In this document: piece by piece, positions 28,576 through 39,326 of the stretch
Numbering within the stretch: position 1 is the stretch's first letter
Layout of the letters: every line of letters begins with the position of its first letter
Made by a program: the position numbers and the translations under genes
Assembly: GCA_002011125.2 (NCBI GenBank)
Contig: MTMF02000009.1
Span: forward strand, 1,704,989-1,768,988
Direction: 5' to 3'
DNA length: 64,000 nucleotides
Origin: Candidatus Hydrothermarchaeum profundi
GTDB taxonomy: Archaea; Hydrothermarchaeota; Hydrothermarchaeia; Hydrothermarchaeales; Hydrothermarchaeaceae
The notes under the pieces: generated by a model
Seen by the model: the letters and a program-made list of their open reading frames with translations, nothing else
Told to the model about the DNA's origin: nothing
Database searches by the model: none

Positions 28576-29918
28576 AATATTTTCCCAGGATTTAGTATTC
28601 CATTAGGGTCTAAGGATTTCTTAATTTGTTTCATAAGGCTTATCGAATTGTGTTCGATGCTTATATATCTCTTCTTTTCAAGACCTATGCCGTGTTCTCC
28701 TGAGAGCGTACCTCCCATTTTTATGACTTTATGAAAGAGTTCCCCTATAGCTTTCTCAGCCCTTTCCACTTCTTCTCTCTTATTTCTATCTACTAGAAAA
28801 GTCGGATGGAGATTACCATCTCCAGCATGCCCAAAAGTAGCAATCTCAACTCCATGTTTTTTACCAAGCACTTCTAACTCCTTGAATAGAGAAGGCAAAA
28901 AAGAAATAGGCACAGTAACATCTTCTAAAATTAAAGTCGGTTTATATCTTGCTAATGCTGGTAGAGCAGACTTTCGTGCTTTCCATATGGATTCCCTATC
29001 AGCATTAGAGATGGCTTCCTCCACTATATTAGCATTATACTTTTGGCATATTTCTATAGCCTCCCTTAGATACAGGGTCACCTTCTCATCAAAACCGTCT
29101 AGTTCAACTATCAATAAAACTTCTACATCAGGGAAATTTAGCCCCGTATACTTTTCCACTGCTTGCAAGGTATTCTTATCCATAATTTCTAGAACCGCTG
29201 GTTGTAAGCCAGAATACATTATTTCTCGTACAGCTTTCCCTGCCTTAAAGCCATCGCTAAACCCTACCATCGAAGTAGCATAATTAGTAGGCTTTTTAAT
29301 TACTCTTAAAGTGATTTCTGTGAATATGCCCAGAGTTCCCTCCGAACCTACAAATATACCAGGTAAATCATAGCCAGAGGAGGATTTAACTGCTTTCGTG
29401 CCGCATCTAATTATTTCTCCATCTGCCAACACTACTTCTAATTTCTTAACATAATCCCTAGTAGTGCCGTATTTCACAGCTCTAAGCCCGCTCGAGTTAG
29501 TTGCAACCATCCCTCCAATCGTACATACACTTCCACTTCCAGGGTCAGGCGGGAAGAAGACTCCATACTTCTCAAGTTCACGGTTCAATCTGCCATAGAC
29601 GACCCCGGGCTCTAGAGTCACAAGCTGATTTTCCAGATCAACCTTTATTATGCTGTCCATAAGAGTAAGATCCAGTACAATACCTCCATCTACTGGAACC
29701 GAGCCGCCGCTTAAACTTGTACCTGCGCCTCTAGGCACGAGCGGGATGCGCTCCCTATTAGCGATCTTAACTATGCGAGAAACTTCTTCCTTTGAATAAG
29801 GCATCAGTACGAGATTAGGCAGGGAACGATGTCTTGAGGCATCTGATGAGTAACTCAGTAGCTCTTCAGGAGTTGAAAGCACTCGATCCTCGTCCATAAA
29901 ATCAAAAAATTGCAACAT
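28572..29918 (-). CDS. FAD-linked 2-hydroxyacid oxidase/dehydrogenase (GlcD/D-LDH-like)
   Basis: PRGAGTSLSGG, FPPDPGS, GSEGTLG, GHAGDGNLH, GEHGIG, LNPGK. Confidence 0.9.
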   Translation of the reverse strand: MLQFFDFMDEDRVLSTPEELLSYSSDASRHRSLPNLVLMPYSKEEVSRIVKIANRERIPLVPRGAGTSLSGGSVPVDGGIVLDLTLMDSIIKVDLENQLVTLEPGVVYGRLNRELEKYGVFFPPDPGSGSVCTIGGMVATNSSGLRAVKYGTTRDYVKKLEVVLADGEIIRCGTKAVKSSSGYDLPGIFVGSEGTLGIFTEITLRVIKKPTNYATSMVGFSDGFKAGKAVREIMYSGLQPAVLEIMDKNTLQAVEKYTGLNFPDVEVLLIVELDGFDEKVTLYLREAIEICQKYNANIVEEAISNADRESIWKARKSALPALARYKPTLILEDVTVPISFLPSLFKELEVLGKKHGVEIATFGHAGDGNLHPTFLVDRNKREEVERAEKAIGELFHKVIKMGGTLSGEHGIGLEKKRYISIEHNSISLMKQIKKSLDPNGILNPGKIF

Positions 29919-30163
29919 ATTCCAAACTTAGAGTTTTAACAAACTCAACGAATGCTCCTTTATGAGCAAGGCATATCAGAGACTCTGAAAAATCTCTCTC
30001 CGTTAGAAATTACTTTTTTCTTTCAGGCAGTCCATGGGAGTAAGAAAAGGTTTCTATTCTCATTACGAGATACTTAGTAACTCTCATAATCTTACGACAC
30101 TTACTATTTTATGATAAGTTTTATTATGCGCTAGAATCAAAAACTATTTGAGGTCTGAAGAAA

Positions 30164-31702
30164 TTGGCAAAAATCGTTGGGATCATATTTGGTGAGGTCA
30201 GTTATGGCGACTTTAATTTTATAGTTAGCAGAGAATCCAACCTTCAAAAGGGACAATACGTTAAAGTAAACCACGAGGTCTATGGATGGATTTTAGCACA
30301 AGTGGTAGCGATCTCTAGATACAATGAGAGGTACACATTAAATGCCATGGCTGGAACTACTTCACCTAAAGAAAACATTGCATCTGAAAGGACGGTAGCT
30401 AACGCCAAAGTTATAGGATATCTGGATGAAAAAGGAATGCTTAAATCACCCAAAATACCCTTTAAACCCGGAGAAAAAGTCTATGAAGCCGATAACTCCA
30501 TTATAACTCGCACTCTAAATCTATCTACAAGGGAAGGGGTATATCTTGGGCTACTCGAAGGTCATTCAAGTCCATTGAGGGTTTATCTCAACCCAAACAG
30601 ATTGGTACAGAAACATATATGCGTCCTAGCTAAGACAGGTGCGGGAAAGTCTTATACCGTCGGTGTCCTAATTGAAGAACTATTGGAGAAAAAGGTGCCT
30701 GTAGTTGTTATAGACCCCCATGGCGAATACTCGTCATTGAAATACCCAAACAATAACAAGCGAGAGCTTGAGATGATGGAAATCTACGGAGTCTCCCCAA
30801 GAGGATATGAGAACGTGGTTGAATTCACCCCAGACCTCAATCTAAACCCTCAAGCAGACAGAAAACTCGCTCTCGACGTAACTAAGCTAAGCGTGAGAGA
30901 TTTTATTGAGATGCTGCCTTCGAAACTTACCTCGAGTCAAAAGGGGATGCTATTCGAAGCCCTCAAGGCAGTTCACGCTTATGGTAAATATTCGCTAGAG
31001 GACTTAATAAGGATAATACATGAATTCGAAAATAAAGCTAAGTGGAATCTAATAACAAGCCTAGAAATGATACGGGAAAGCAAGATATTCGAGGGGCCGC
31101 CGGTTGCTCCTCACGATTTAGTAAAAAAAGACGTAGTCTCGATTATAAATTTAAGGGGGGTTCAGCCAGATATTCAGGAAATCGTAGTTGCCAGAGTAGC
31201 GCAAGAACTCTTCGATGCGAGGAAAGGCGGCAAGATTCCTCCCCTACTATTACTTATAGAGGAAGCCCATAATTTTGCTCCAGAAAGAGGTTTCGGCAGT
31301 ACTCCGGCATCAGGTATCCTCCGAACACTTGCGAGTGAAGGGAGGAAATTTGGACTCGGACTATGTGTAGTTTCACAACGCCCAGCAAGGATAGATAAAA
31401 ACGTGCTAAGCCAGTGCAATACCCAGATAATATTGAAAGTGACTAACCCGAATGATCTTAAAGCAATTAGTCAGAGCATCGAAGGATTTACCCAAGACTT
31501 AGAGGAGGAGATTAAACAACTTCCTCCAGGGGTTGCACTTATAGTAGGTGATGTCGTAGAGCAACCAATATTCGTTGATATAAGAGTTAAAAGAACCAAA
31601 CATGGTGGAACCTCGGTAGAACTTGTAAGAAAAAATAGGCGGAAAAAAGTTACAACCCCAATGACCTTCGAAAGCATCTGGAAGAGGATATTCAGGGCAT
31701 AA
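30164..31702 (+). CDS. HerA-like ATPase (HAS barrel plus DUF87)
   Basis: AKTGAGKS, DPHGEY, EEAHNF, EGRKFG, SQRPA. Confidence 0.9.
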   Translation: MAKIVGIIFGEVSYGDFNFIVSRESNLQKGQYVKVNHEVYGWILAQVVAISRYNERYTLNAMAGTTSPKENIASERTVANAKVIGYLDEKGMLKSPKIPFKPGEKVYEADNSIITRTLNLSTREGVYLGLLEGHSSPLRVYLNPNRLVQKHICVLAKTGAGKSYTVGVLIEELLEKKVPVVVIDPHGEYSSLKYPNNNKRELEMMEIYGVSPRGYENVVEFTPDLNLNPQADRKLALDVTKLSVRDFIEMLPSKLTSSQKGMLFEALKAVHAYGKYSLEDLIRIIHEFENKAKWNLITSLEMIRESKIFEGPPVAPHDLVKKDVVSIINLRGVQPDIQEIVVARVAQELFDARKGGKIPPLLLLIEEAHNFAPERGFGSTPASGILRTLASEGRKFGLGLCVVSQRPARIDKNVLSQCNTQIILKVTNPNDLKAISQSIEGFTQDLEEEIKQLPPGVALIVGDVVEQPIFVDIRVKRTKHGGTSVELVRKNRRKKVTTPMTFESIWKRIFRA

Positions 31703-31799
31703 CTAATTAAGCTACTATTATTTTTGGTTTCTGTATATTATGAGGAAAAATATTTACCTGTCAACTTTAAGTTGTGGATATATAGGATAGTAAATAAAA

Positions 31800-33578
31800 A
31801 TGATTAATCCAATCAGCCTTTTTCCATATAAAGAAGCCAGACCATTTCAAGATGAATTAATACAAAGGATATATTCAGCTGATAAGATACTGTGTAATGC
31901 CCCAACGGGCGTTGGAAAATCAATAAGCGCTCTATGTGGTTTTTTAGCCGAGCGAGATAGAGATGAGAAGATCGTTATCTTAACTAGGACTAAGTCGCAA
32001 GCTAAAATATTTCTTCAGGAAATCGCTAAGATCTCTCAACATTCTGGACAAAAATACCTAGCCATCCAGCTTCGTTCAAAGCAGGAACTCTGCCCATTCT
32101 ACAGGGAAAACGAAACAACATATGAAGAATTCATAGAACTCTGTAAAGCTACATTAGAATGCCCTTATAGGGAGAAATTCTTTGATAACTGGGGTACCGT
32201 CGAAACTTTAGCTGAAGAGATTTCTAGTACTCGACTATATGCAGACTACTCCAACCTCCTACCCCTCCTTAGAAGTAGGGGCTGCCCCTATTTAGTATTA
32301 CAGGAACTTTCCTCCTTGGCCGATGTACTAGTAACATCTTACCTCTATCTCTTAAATCCCTTTTTGAGGAGAATTTTCCTCAATAGAATACAAAAGGAAA
32401 TAGAGGACCTCTTGATTATTATTGATGAAGCCCATAACCTCCACAGCATGGACATCTTGGGGAAAACCCTTAGCCGCCATACGTTGGATATGGCCGCGAA
32501 AGAAATTGATTATGATTTTTCAAGTATCTATTTTATATTTGATGGAAAAGACGACATATTGGAGGTCGAGGATTATTTAGATCACTCTGAAGTAGCATAC
32601 CTCCTAGATAAGGGTAGAGAAGTACTTCGTAGCAGGTTGAAACAGGACAAGAAGGTTTCTTATACCTTCAGGGTAGCTTCCTTTTTTAAGCATGCACTGG
32701 AGTATAGCATGGAGGGGAATTGGATGTTTTTTAGAAAAGAAGGAAAACTCTATATTAAGCCTCTTTTTCCAAACGAGTTCATCGAACCTCTCAGAAATTC
32801 AAGGAAGCTTTTGATGATGAGCGGAACATTAGAACCTCTTGAAGGATTTAAGTTGCTATATGGCCTAGAGGATGCAGAAGACGTATCTCTACCTAAGATA
32901 TTTCCAAAAGAAAACTCCTACTACCTAGGAGTAAAGGGAATCAACACTGCTCAGACGACAAGGGAAAATAGAGGCGAAGAACTCTGGAAAGACTACGCAG
33001 GAGTAATACAAAGGATATCTAACGCATCTCCCATGACAACTCTTGTTTTTTTCCCTTCATATGACATAATGTATGCGGTGGCCAAGTATCTCAACGAGGT
33101 AGGACTAGAGCCGGCAGATAGCGCACAGGCAGAGGACTTCTGGAAACAAGTTGTAGACAAGGGACAAAAAAAGGTTTTCGCTGTGTCTGGTGGAAAATTT
33201 AGCGAGGGAGTCGAGTTCACTATTAATAAAGGTAACGAGAAGAAGAGCGTGATAAGCACCTTAATTATTGCAGGCTTTCCATTTCCTGTGCCCGACTTCG
33301 AGCTTGAGATTAAAAGCAAGTTCTACGAAGAGAGGTTTGGATATGGCAGAGCGTTTTTATTGTTATCGGTTTTGCCCATGGTAAACAAGGTTCTTCAAGC
33401 TATTGGCAGAGCGGTAAGAAGTGAGAATGATAGAGCTGCTATTGTTCTCTTGGATGATAGATTAGAATATCTGAAGTATTTTCCAGAAAGCATTAGCAAC
33501 GAAATTCAAATATGCGAGATGGATGAACTCGCAGATGAAGTTGCATGGTTTCATAGTAGGTTAAAAGGAGGTTTCTAA
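31800..33578 (+). CDS. XPD/Rad3-like Fe-S DNA helicase
   Basis: APTGVGKS, four Fe-S Cys, DEAHN, SGTL, QAIGRAVR. Confidence 0.9.
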   Translation: MINPISLFPYKEARPFQDELIQRIYSADKILCNAPTGVGKSISALCGFLAERDRDEKIVILTRTKSQAKIFLQEIAKISQHSGQKYLAIQLRSKQELCPFYRENETTYEEFIELCKATLECPYREKFFDNWGTVETLAEEISSTRLYADYSNLLPLLRSRGCPYLVLQELSSLADVLVTSYLYLLNPFLRRIFLNRIQKEIEDLLIIIDEAHNLHSMDILGKTLSRHTLDMAAKEIDYDFSSIYFIFDGKDDILEVEDYLDHSEVAYLLDKGREVLRSRLKQDKKVSYTFRVASFFKHALEYSMEGNWMFFRKEGKLYIKPLFPNEFIEPLRNSRKLLMMSGTLEPLEGFKLLYGLEDAEDVSLPKIFPKENSYYLGVKGINTAQTTRENRGEELWKDYAGVIQRISNASPMTTLVFFPSYDIMYAVAKYLNEVGLEPADSAQAEDFWKQVVDKGQKKVFAVSGGKFSEGVEFTINKGNEKKSVISTLIIAGFPFPVPDFELEIKSKFYEERFGYGRAFLLLSVLPMVNKVLQAIGRAVRSENDRAAIVLLDDRLEYLKYFPESISNEIQICEMDELADEVAWFHSRLKGGF

Positions 33579-34606
33579 TGGATCATGAAGCGCTTCTAGA
33601 TGAATATACTGAGAAAATAGAGGAAGAGCTTAAAACGTATTTACAAAAAAAAGTTGAGGAAGGTCGGAGGTACCACCCTTTTATAGGTGAGGTCTATAGT
33701 GATCTTGAGGAATTTATCTTAAGAAAAGGGAAAAGACTCGCATCCTCGAGCACTCTGATAATTTACGAAGGTTATACCGGCGCTCTAGATAGTAAAATAA
33801 TGAAGGTGGGAGTAGGAATCGAACTATACAGGCATTCAATATTAATTCATGACGACTTGGTAGATAGAGACGATTATAGGAGAGGCGGAAAAACCTTTCA
33901 CAATATATTCAAGAAAGACCGGCGATATGGAGATGGAATTGCCATTTTTACGGGTAATTTGCTCTATGCACTTGCACTAGAATCTATATTAAATTCGGGT
34001 TTTGGCATGCAAAAGCTCAAGAGAGTGGTAAACCTGTTTGCAAGAGATTATATCGCTGTAAATGAAAGTCAAATGCTTGATCTGGACTTTGAATACCGTA
34101 GCCCTGATGAAGAGGAGTGGTACATTATGGCTAGTAAAAGAGCTTCTTCTCTTTTCCATGCTACAATATTATCTGGCGCGATATTAGGAGGCGCAGAGGG
34201 GTCTGACATAAAATTGCTCGCCGAAGCAGCTGAAAATATCGGTTACTCTTTTGATATTCAAGACGATATTATAGGGACTTTCGCAAACGAAGAACAATAC
34301 GGCAGACCTCCTGGGGGCGACCTTGTTTACTGGAAGAAGCCATTACATATGGTTTACACTATGAAACTCGCTGATGAAAGTGAGTTGAAAGAGATAAAGG
34401 AAGCAATAGGAAACAAAGAAAATATAGAGAACGTTAGAGAAATTATCAGAAGGACCGGTGCATTAGAAAAGGCCAAGGAAAAGTCAAGGATACATGCGAA
34501 GAGGGCGATTGAACTGATATCGCAGACTAAGCTTAACAGAACTACTAAGGAGTTCTTCAGTAGCTTTATCACTTATGTAGCGGAGAGTCTGGATTGGTAT
34601 AAATAA
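33578..34606 (+). CDS. trans-polyprenyl diphosphate synthase
   Basis: GKRL, HDDLVD...RRG, IQDD. Confidence 0.9.
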   Translation: MDHEALLDEYTEKIEEELKTYLQKKVEEGRRYHPFIGEVYSDLEEFILRKGKRLASSSTLIIYEGYTGALDSKIMKVGVGIELYRHSILIHDDLVDRDDYRRGGKTFHNIFKKDRRYGDGIAIFTGNLLYALALESILNSGFGMQKLKRVVNLFARDYIAVNESQMLDLDFEYRSPDEEEWYIMASKRASSLFHATILSGAILGGAEGSDIKLLAEAAENIGYSFDIQDDIIGTFANEEQYGRPPGGDLVYWKKPLHMVYTMKLADESELKEIKEAIGNKENIENVREIIRRTGALEKAKEKSRIHAKRAIELISQTKLNRTTKEFFSSFITYVAESLDWYK

Positions 34607-35911
34607 TTATTTTAATTTGTTTTCAAGAAAATCGCTATATCCCTGCAAGTCTAGCAGCCCATGACCACTAAAGTTGAATGCTATTACCTTCTCTTCCCCC
34701 GTTTTCTTACATTTTAATGCCTCATCAATAACTGCCTTAATAGCATGATTAGTTTCTGGAGCAGGTACAAGACCTTCTGTTTTAGTGAATATACTCCCTG
34801 CCTCAAAAGTTTCTACCTGATTATATGCGACAGCATCGATATGGCCTGTTTTGTGGAGTAGACAAAGACTTGGTGCATCACCATGATACCGTAAGCCGCC
34901 GGCATGTATGGGGGAAGGCACGAAATCATGGCCCAAGGTATACATTAATATTAGCGGAGTTAATTGGGCCGTATCTCCGAAATCATATCGATACTCGCCT
35001 TTGGTTAGAGTAGGACACGACTCGGGCTCTACTCCTATGAACCTTGTACCATCTGATTCCCCGCGTAGTTTTTGCCCAAGGGTTGGAAACATGAACCCTG
35101 AGAAGTTAGACCCGCCTCCTACGCAACCTACCATGATGTCCGGCTTGGTATCTATTTTTTCAAATTGTTTAATGACTTCCTGTCCGACTACAGTCTGATG
35201 TAATAATACATGATTTAATACAGAACCCAAAGAATATTTTGTTTTTTCATCTCCTACTGCCCTCTCTATCGCCTCGCTAATAGCTATACCTAAGGATCCC
35301 GAATGATTGGGGTCTTGCTCCAAGAATTTCCTTCCCGACTGCGTTACATCCGACGGTGACGGATGAACCGTAGAGCCATAAAGTTGCATTAATATCCTTC
35401 TATATGGTTTCTGATTATAGCTTACTCTAACCATAAAAACCTCGCATTTAAGTCCAAAAAGAGCACATCCAAGAGATAATGCTGTACCCCATTGACCCGC
35501 TCCAGTCTCTGTAGTAAGTTTCTCAACTCCCTCTTTCATATTGAAGTAGGCCTGCGCGATAGCAGTGTTTGGCTTATGCGATCCTGCAAAACTTACGTCC
35601 TCCCGCTTATAGTAAATTTTAGCGGGAGTTTTCAGATATTTTTCAAGTCTTTTCGCTCTATATAACGGGGTAGGTCTTCCAATCTGGTAATATGCGTCTA
35701 ATACTTCCTCTGGTATATCGATATACCTATCTTGGCTAACCTCCTGCTTTATAAGCTCCATCGGGAATATAGGTGCCAAATCTTCAGGTCCTACTGGTTC
35801 TTTAGTTGCCGGGTTAAGATAGGGGGGGAAAGGCTCTGGCAAATCAGGGAGAATATTATACCATTTTTTTGGAATTTCGTCCATATCAAGCAAGACTTTT
35901 GTTTCCTCCAT
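34607..35911 (-). CDS. trpB2: tryptophan synthase beta chain 2
   Basis: [39 protein letters not shown]. Confidence 0.95.
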   Translation of the reverse strand: MEETKVLLDMDEIPKKWYNILPDLPEPFPPYLNPATKEPVGPEDLAPIFPMELIKQEVSQDRYIDIPEEVLDAYYQIGRPTPLYRAKRLEKYLKTPAKIYYKREDVSFAGSHKPNTAIAQAYFNMKEGVEKLTTETGAGQWGTALSLGCALFGLKCEVFMVRVSYNQKPYRRILMQLYGSTVHPSPSDVTQSGRKFLEQDPNHSGSLGIAISEAIERAVGDEKTKYSLGSVLNHVLLHQTVVGQEVIKQFEKIDTKPDIMVGCVGGGSNFSGFMFPTLGQKLRGESDGTRFIGVEPESCPTLTKGEYRYDFGDTAQLTPLILMYTLGHDFVPSPIHAGGLRYHGDAPSLCLLHKTGHIDAVAYNQVETFEAGSIFTKTEGLVPAPETNHAIKAVIDEALKCKKTGEEKVIAFNFSGHGLLDLQGYSDFLENKLK

Positions 35912-35970
35912 TTATCTACCTCCAATTTAACTGGCTCCTAATTCTCAAAAATAGTTATATATAAAGTTAA

Positions 35971-35997
35971 TGTGCAAATATAGTACAACAATGTACT
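35971..35997. promoter_or_regulatory. candidate TrpY operator (TRP boxes) upstream of trpB2
   Basis: tgtgca-n5-agtaca-acaa-tgtact; the last two hexamers form a perfect inverted repeat; next to a minus-strand TATA at about 35955-35964. Confidence 0.5.
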
Positions 35998-36090
35998 CTT
36001 TTTATCAATGAAAGTGCATTTTTCTTCATCAATCTTTCAACAATTGAGAAGTTCTGCCATTTAACAACCAACTATAGCGAATTCCCAAAA

Positions 36091-37776
36091 CTAGTTATCT
36101 TTATTTACAATCTTGTTTGGCCTCTTAGGTATCCATACACAAAAAATGCTCCCTACCGGATTGTTATCTTCTACCCACACCCTCCCGCCATGCAATTCGA
36201 CAATGCGCTTAACTATAGCTAATCCCAATCCTGTTCCTATAACTCCTATTTTGTTCTTCCTTGTAAACCTCTCAAAAATAAGCTCCTTATGCTCATCAGG
36301 CACCCCCATGCCTTCATCTCTAACTTGTATCCGCCATCCTTCACCGTCCTCGTCTACCCTTACAGTTATAGTAGATTTATCCGGGCTGTATTTTATTGCA
36401 TTTGACAGCAAGTTAGAAAAAACTTCTTCAATAGATGGATGAACCCATGCTAAATACTTCTTTTCGTCTTCCAGCTCCATTCGTATGCTCCTTCTCTCAG
36501 CAATAGGTTTAAAATTCGTTATAACCTCTTTCAGAATCTCCTTAAGATCGCACTCTTCAAACTCTAGCTTTTCCTCCGATTCTACCTTCGCTAGTACTCC
36601 GGCGCTTTGAATCATCTCTTCTAACTTCTCGGCATTCCTCCTTATAATTTCCATCACATCTTTATACTCTTCTGGCGAGGCAACTTCCGCTAAGCCTTTT
36701 ATAACGCTTACAGGATTAAGAAGGTCATGGCGGAGGATATCTGTGAAGAGATCTTTTAGCCTGTTAGACTCCTCCAACTTCGACAGATAAGACTTCAGTT
36801 TATCTTCCATTATCCTATACTCTGTAACATCCGTGACTATACCGAGAATAGCCCTTTCACCCTGGTATTCTATCAGCTTTGTAAGATGTAATCCAATGAT
36901 CCTTCTACCGTCCTTCGTTAAAAGCGTGTACTCGTAGGGAGGGACCTCCTCGCCCCGCATATGCCTCTGGAAATTCTCAACTACCAGGTCACGAGACTCC
37001 GGGGCAATAAGCGAAAGAAAATCAAAGCCTGGAGAATAAAACTCCTCCCTCGAATAACCCATCACCTCCTCACACATCCTATTAGCATAAACCACCCTGC
37101 CCCCCTGGTTAATAAAAATCATGTTCGGAGACTCCTCAGCCAAAGTCCTAAACTTCTCTTCAGACTCGCGTAGCTTTTTCTCCATCTCTTTACGCTCGCT
37201 AATATCCCTTAAGATTGCCATATCAGCTGGCTTGCCCTCATAAGTTATTAGAGAGGCATTCACCTCAAAAGGTATCATTCTCCCATCTTTAGAGATAATT
37301 TCAATCTCGTATCTAATTGGCACCTCCTCACCACAAAGCCTCCGCTTATAAAATTCTGCTACCATTTCCCTATATTTTTGAGAAATATAGTTAGTAAATG
37401 GCTTATTGAGCACCTCTTCCTGAGTGAAGCCTGTTAATTCTAGCATCTTTGAATTTACAAACTTAAGGAGACCCTCTTGAATTACAACAATACCATCATT
37501 ACTCTTCTCAACCAAGGTGCGGTATTTTTCCTCACTCTCCCATGCTTTCCTCTCAGACACCAGCTTCCTGTCATAAAGATAACCAGCAAGCATAAATCCA
37601 GGTATCCATATCAACACCAATAAAGTATCAAGGCTTAGAAGATGAATTGATAAGGTATGCTTATACTTAAAATAGTCATAAACATAATGAAAAAGATTAA
37701 CAATCCATCCCACACTGCCTATCCCTATAGCTACCCAATGCTCTCTAATAATGCTGGAAATTCTTGTAAATCTCAT
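36091..37776 (-). CDS. membrane-bound sensor histidine kinase with two PAS domains
   Basis: two TM helices, two PAS/PAC, RHDLLNP, NLLSNAIKY, GTGLGL. Confidence 0.93.
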   Translation of the reverse strand: MRFTRISSIIREHWVAIGIGSVGWIVNLFHYVYDYFKYKHTLSIHLLSLDTLLVLIWIPGFMLAGYLYDRKLVSERKAWESEEKYRTLVEKSNDGIVVIQEGLLKFVNSKMLELTGFTQEEVLNKPFTNYISQKYREMVAEFYKRRLCGEEVPIRYEIEIISKDGRMIPFEVNASLITYEGKPADMAILRDISERKEMEKKLRESEEKFRTLAEESPNMIFINQGGRVVYANRMCEEVMGYSREEFYSPGFDFLSLIAPESRDLVVENFQRHMRGEEVPPYEYTLLTKDGRRIIGLHLTKLIEYQGERAILGIVTDVTEYRIMEDKLKSYLSKLEESNRLKDLFTDILRHDLLNPVSVIKGLAEVASPEEYKDVMEIIRRNAEKLEEMIQSAGVLAKVESEEKLEFEECDLKEILKEVITNFKPIAERRSIRMELEDEKKYLAWVHPSIEEVFSNLLSNAIKYSPDKSTITVRVDEDGEGWRIQVRDEGMGVPDEHKELIFERFTRKNKIGVIGTGLGLAIVKRIVELHGGRVWVEDNNPVGSIFCVWIPKRPNKIVNKDN

Positions 37777-37777
37777 T

Positions 37778-38842
37778 CTATTTCTCCCCTATAGGTATGG
37801 AAAAGCAAAACCTACTCCCTCTCTTAACTTCACTATTTTCCAGCCATATTTTCCCGCCATGAGCTTCCACTATTTGTTTAGCGACTAAAAGCCCCATACC
37901 AGTTCCACCATGCTTCCGAGTAGTGCTACTATCAACCTGATAGAAAGGATCAAATATCTTCGCATGTAACTCCCTAGGTATACCTATACCTGTATCACTG
38001 ACACATATATGCATGAAGCCATTCTTAACTTTAGCTTCCAATGTCACTCTCCCATGATCAGTAAACTTTACTGCATTATCTACAAGGTTTCGTAGAACGT
38101 GTCCCAAACGAGTAGGATCTGCTCTCACCTTAGGTAATTTATTATCTACCTTATAATCTAATTCTATTCCCTTCCGTAAAGCTTGTTCTTTAAACTCTGA
38201 AATTATCTGGTTTAATATTTTCGATACATCCACTTCATCTAACTGCAATCTTATTTCCTTTTTCATTGACCTTGCAGCTTCGATTAGGTCTTCCACTATC
38301 GAGTCTTGCCTATGCAAAGCGTTCAAAGCCATATGCGCTAACCTCCTTCTCTGGTCTGGATCATCCTCCTCCAGCAACAACTCCATTGCACTCTTCGCTA
38401 TAGTGATAGGCGTACGAAGCTCATGGCTCACATTGGCGAGGATATTACCCTTCATTTCATCGAGGGTTTTAAGCTCCTCATATGCCTGCTTAAGCGCACG
38501 AGTTTTCTCATCCACCTCCGCCTCCAATTTAGCGTTGACTCTCACAAGCACATAAATAGAAAGGGTATTTCTAGCTACTACCGCCATAGCTACAATAAAC
38601 ATCAATAGAGAAGCCATCTCTAGCATCTTGTAGAGGGTATAATTACCCAAAAATATTCTAGCCCCTAGAGCTAAATCAACTAATAAAATCGCGAATAATA
38701 CTAAGATAAAGGCAGGATACATCTTCTTAAAGATCTCTCTTGTAAAAAATACGCTGGAAAAAAAGAAAAAGTGAATAATAGCGCTTGAAGAGATAAGAGC
38801 TAGAATAAAAACCAAGATATGAAGTGTACTATAAAACGCCAA
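37778..38842 (-). CDS. membrane-bound sensor histidine kinase
   Basis: three TM helices, SHELRTP, NAVKFT, DTGIG, GGTGMGL. Confidence 0.93.
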   Translation of the reverse strand: MAFYSTLHILVFILALISSSAIIHFFFFSSVFFTREIFKKMYPAFILVLFAILLVDLALGARIFLGNYTLYKMLEMASLLMFIVAMAVVARNTLSIYVLVRVNAKLEAEVDEKTRALKQAYEELKTLDEMKGNILANVSHELRTPITIAKSAMELLLEEDDPDQRRRLAHMALNALHRQDSIVEDLIEAARSMKKEIRLQLDEVDVSKILNQIISEFKEQALRKGIELDYKVDNKLPKVRADPTRLGHVLRNLVDNAVKFTDHGRVTLEAKVKNGFMHICVSDTGIGIPRELHAKIFDPFYQVDSSTTRKHGGTGMGLLVAKQIVEAHGGKIWLENSEVKRGSRFCFSIPIGEK

Positions 38843-39203
38843 CCTCGCCCCCCCTAATCTTGCTGATAAGATACAAGTTTATTGCAACACTACAAATAAG
38901 GAGATATACCATAGCTATCTCAGAGACTTTCTGAAATCTCTCTATATTATATAAGTGGACTGCCTCTATGTCCAATACCGCTTCGAAAAGCTCAAGCATT
39001 TCAGTGATCATGAAAATAAATAAAGCAATTACACCAAGAAATGCCGCTATCCTCACCTTTTTCCAGTTTTCTTTCAAAAATTTTAACCCATCACCTGAAA
39101 TAAGCCATTCTTTTCTCCAAAGTGCAACAATTAATAAAGTAGAGGTTACTAAAAATAAGATTAGGATTCCGATTGTATATAGTAAATCCATAAGCTCAGC
39201 CAT
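38829..39203 (-). CDS. 3-TM membrane protein coupled to the kinase genes
   Basis: hydrophobic segments; overlaps the kinase start. Confidence 0.7.
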   Translation of the reverse strand: MAELMDLLYTIGILILFLVTSTLLIVALWRKEWLISGDGLKFLKENWKKVRIAAFLGVIALFIFMITEMLELFEAVLDIEAVHLYNIERFQKVSEIAMVYLLICSVAINLYLISKIRGGEVGVL

Positions 39204-39326
39204 TTAGATCAACAAGGCAATAGTTGATTATCTCATTTTGAATTTTCATTCTTTGGGAATAAATAATTTTTCAAAACTTCTTCAGCCCCTATTGATGTAG
39301 CAAGGCATTACGGCTCATTATCAATA

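Noticed and set aside
30164-33578. HerA-based anti-phage system
   Set aside because: No Sir2, nuclease or DUF4297 partner; the context looks like housekeeping DNA repair.
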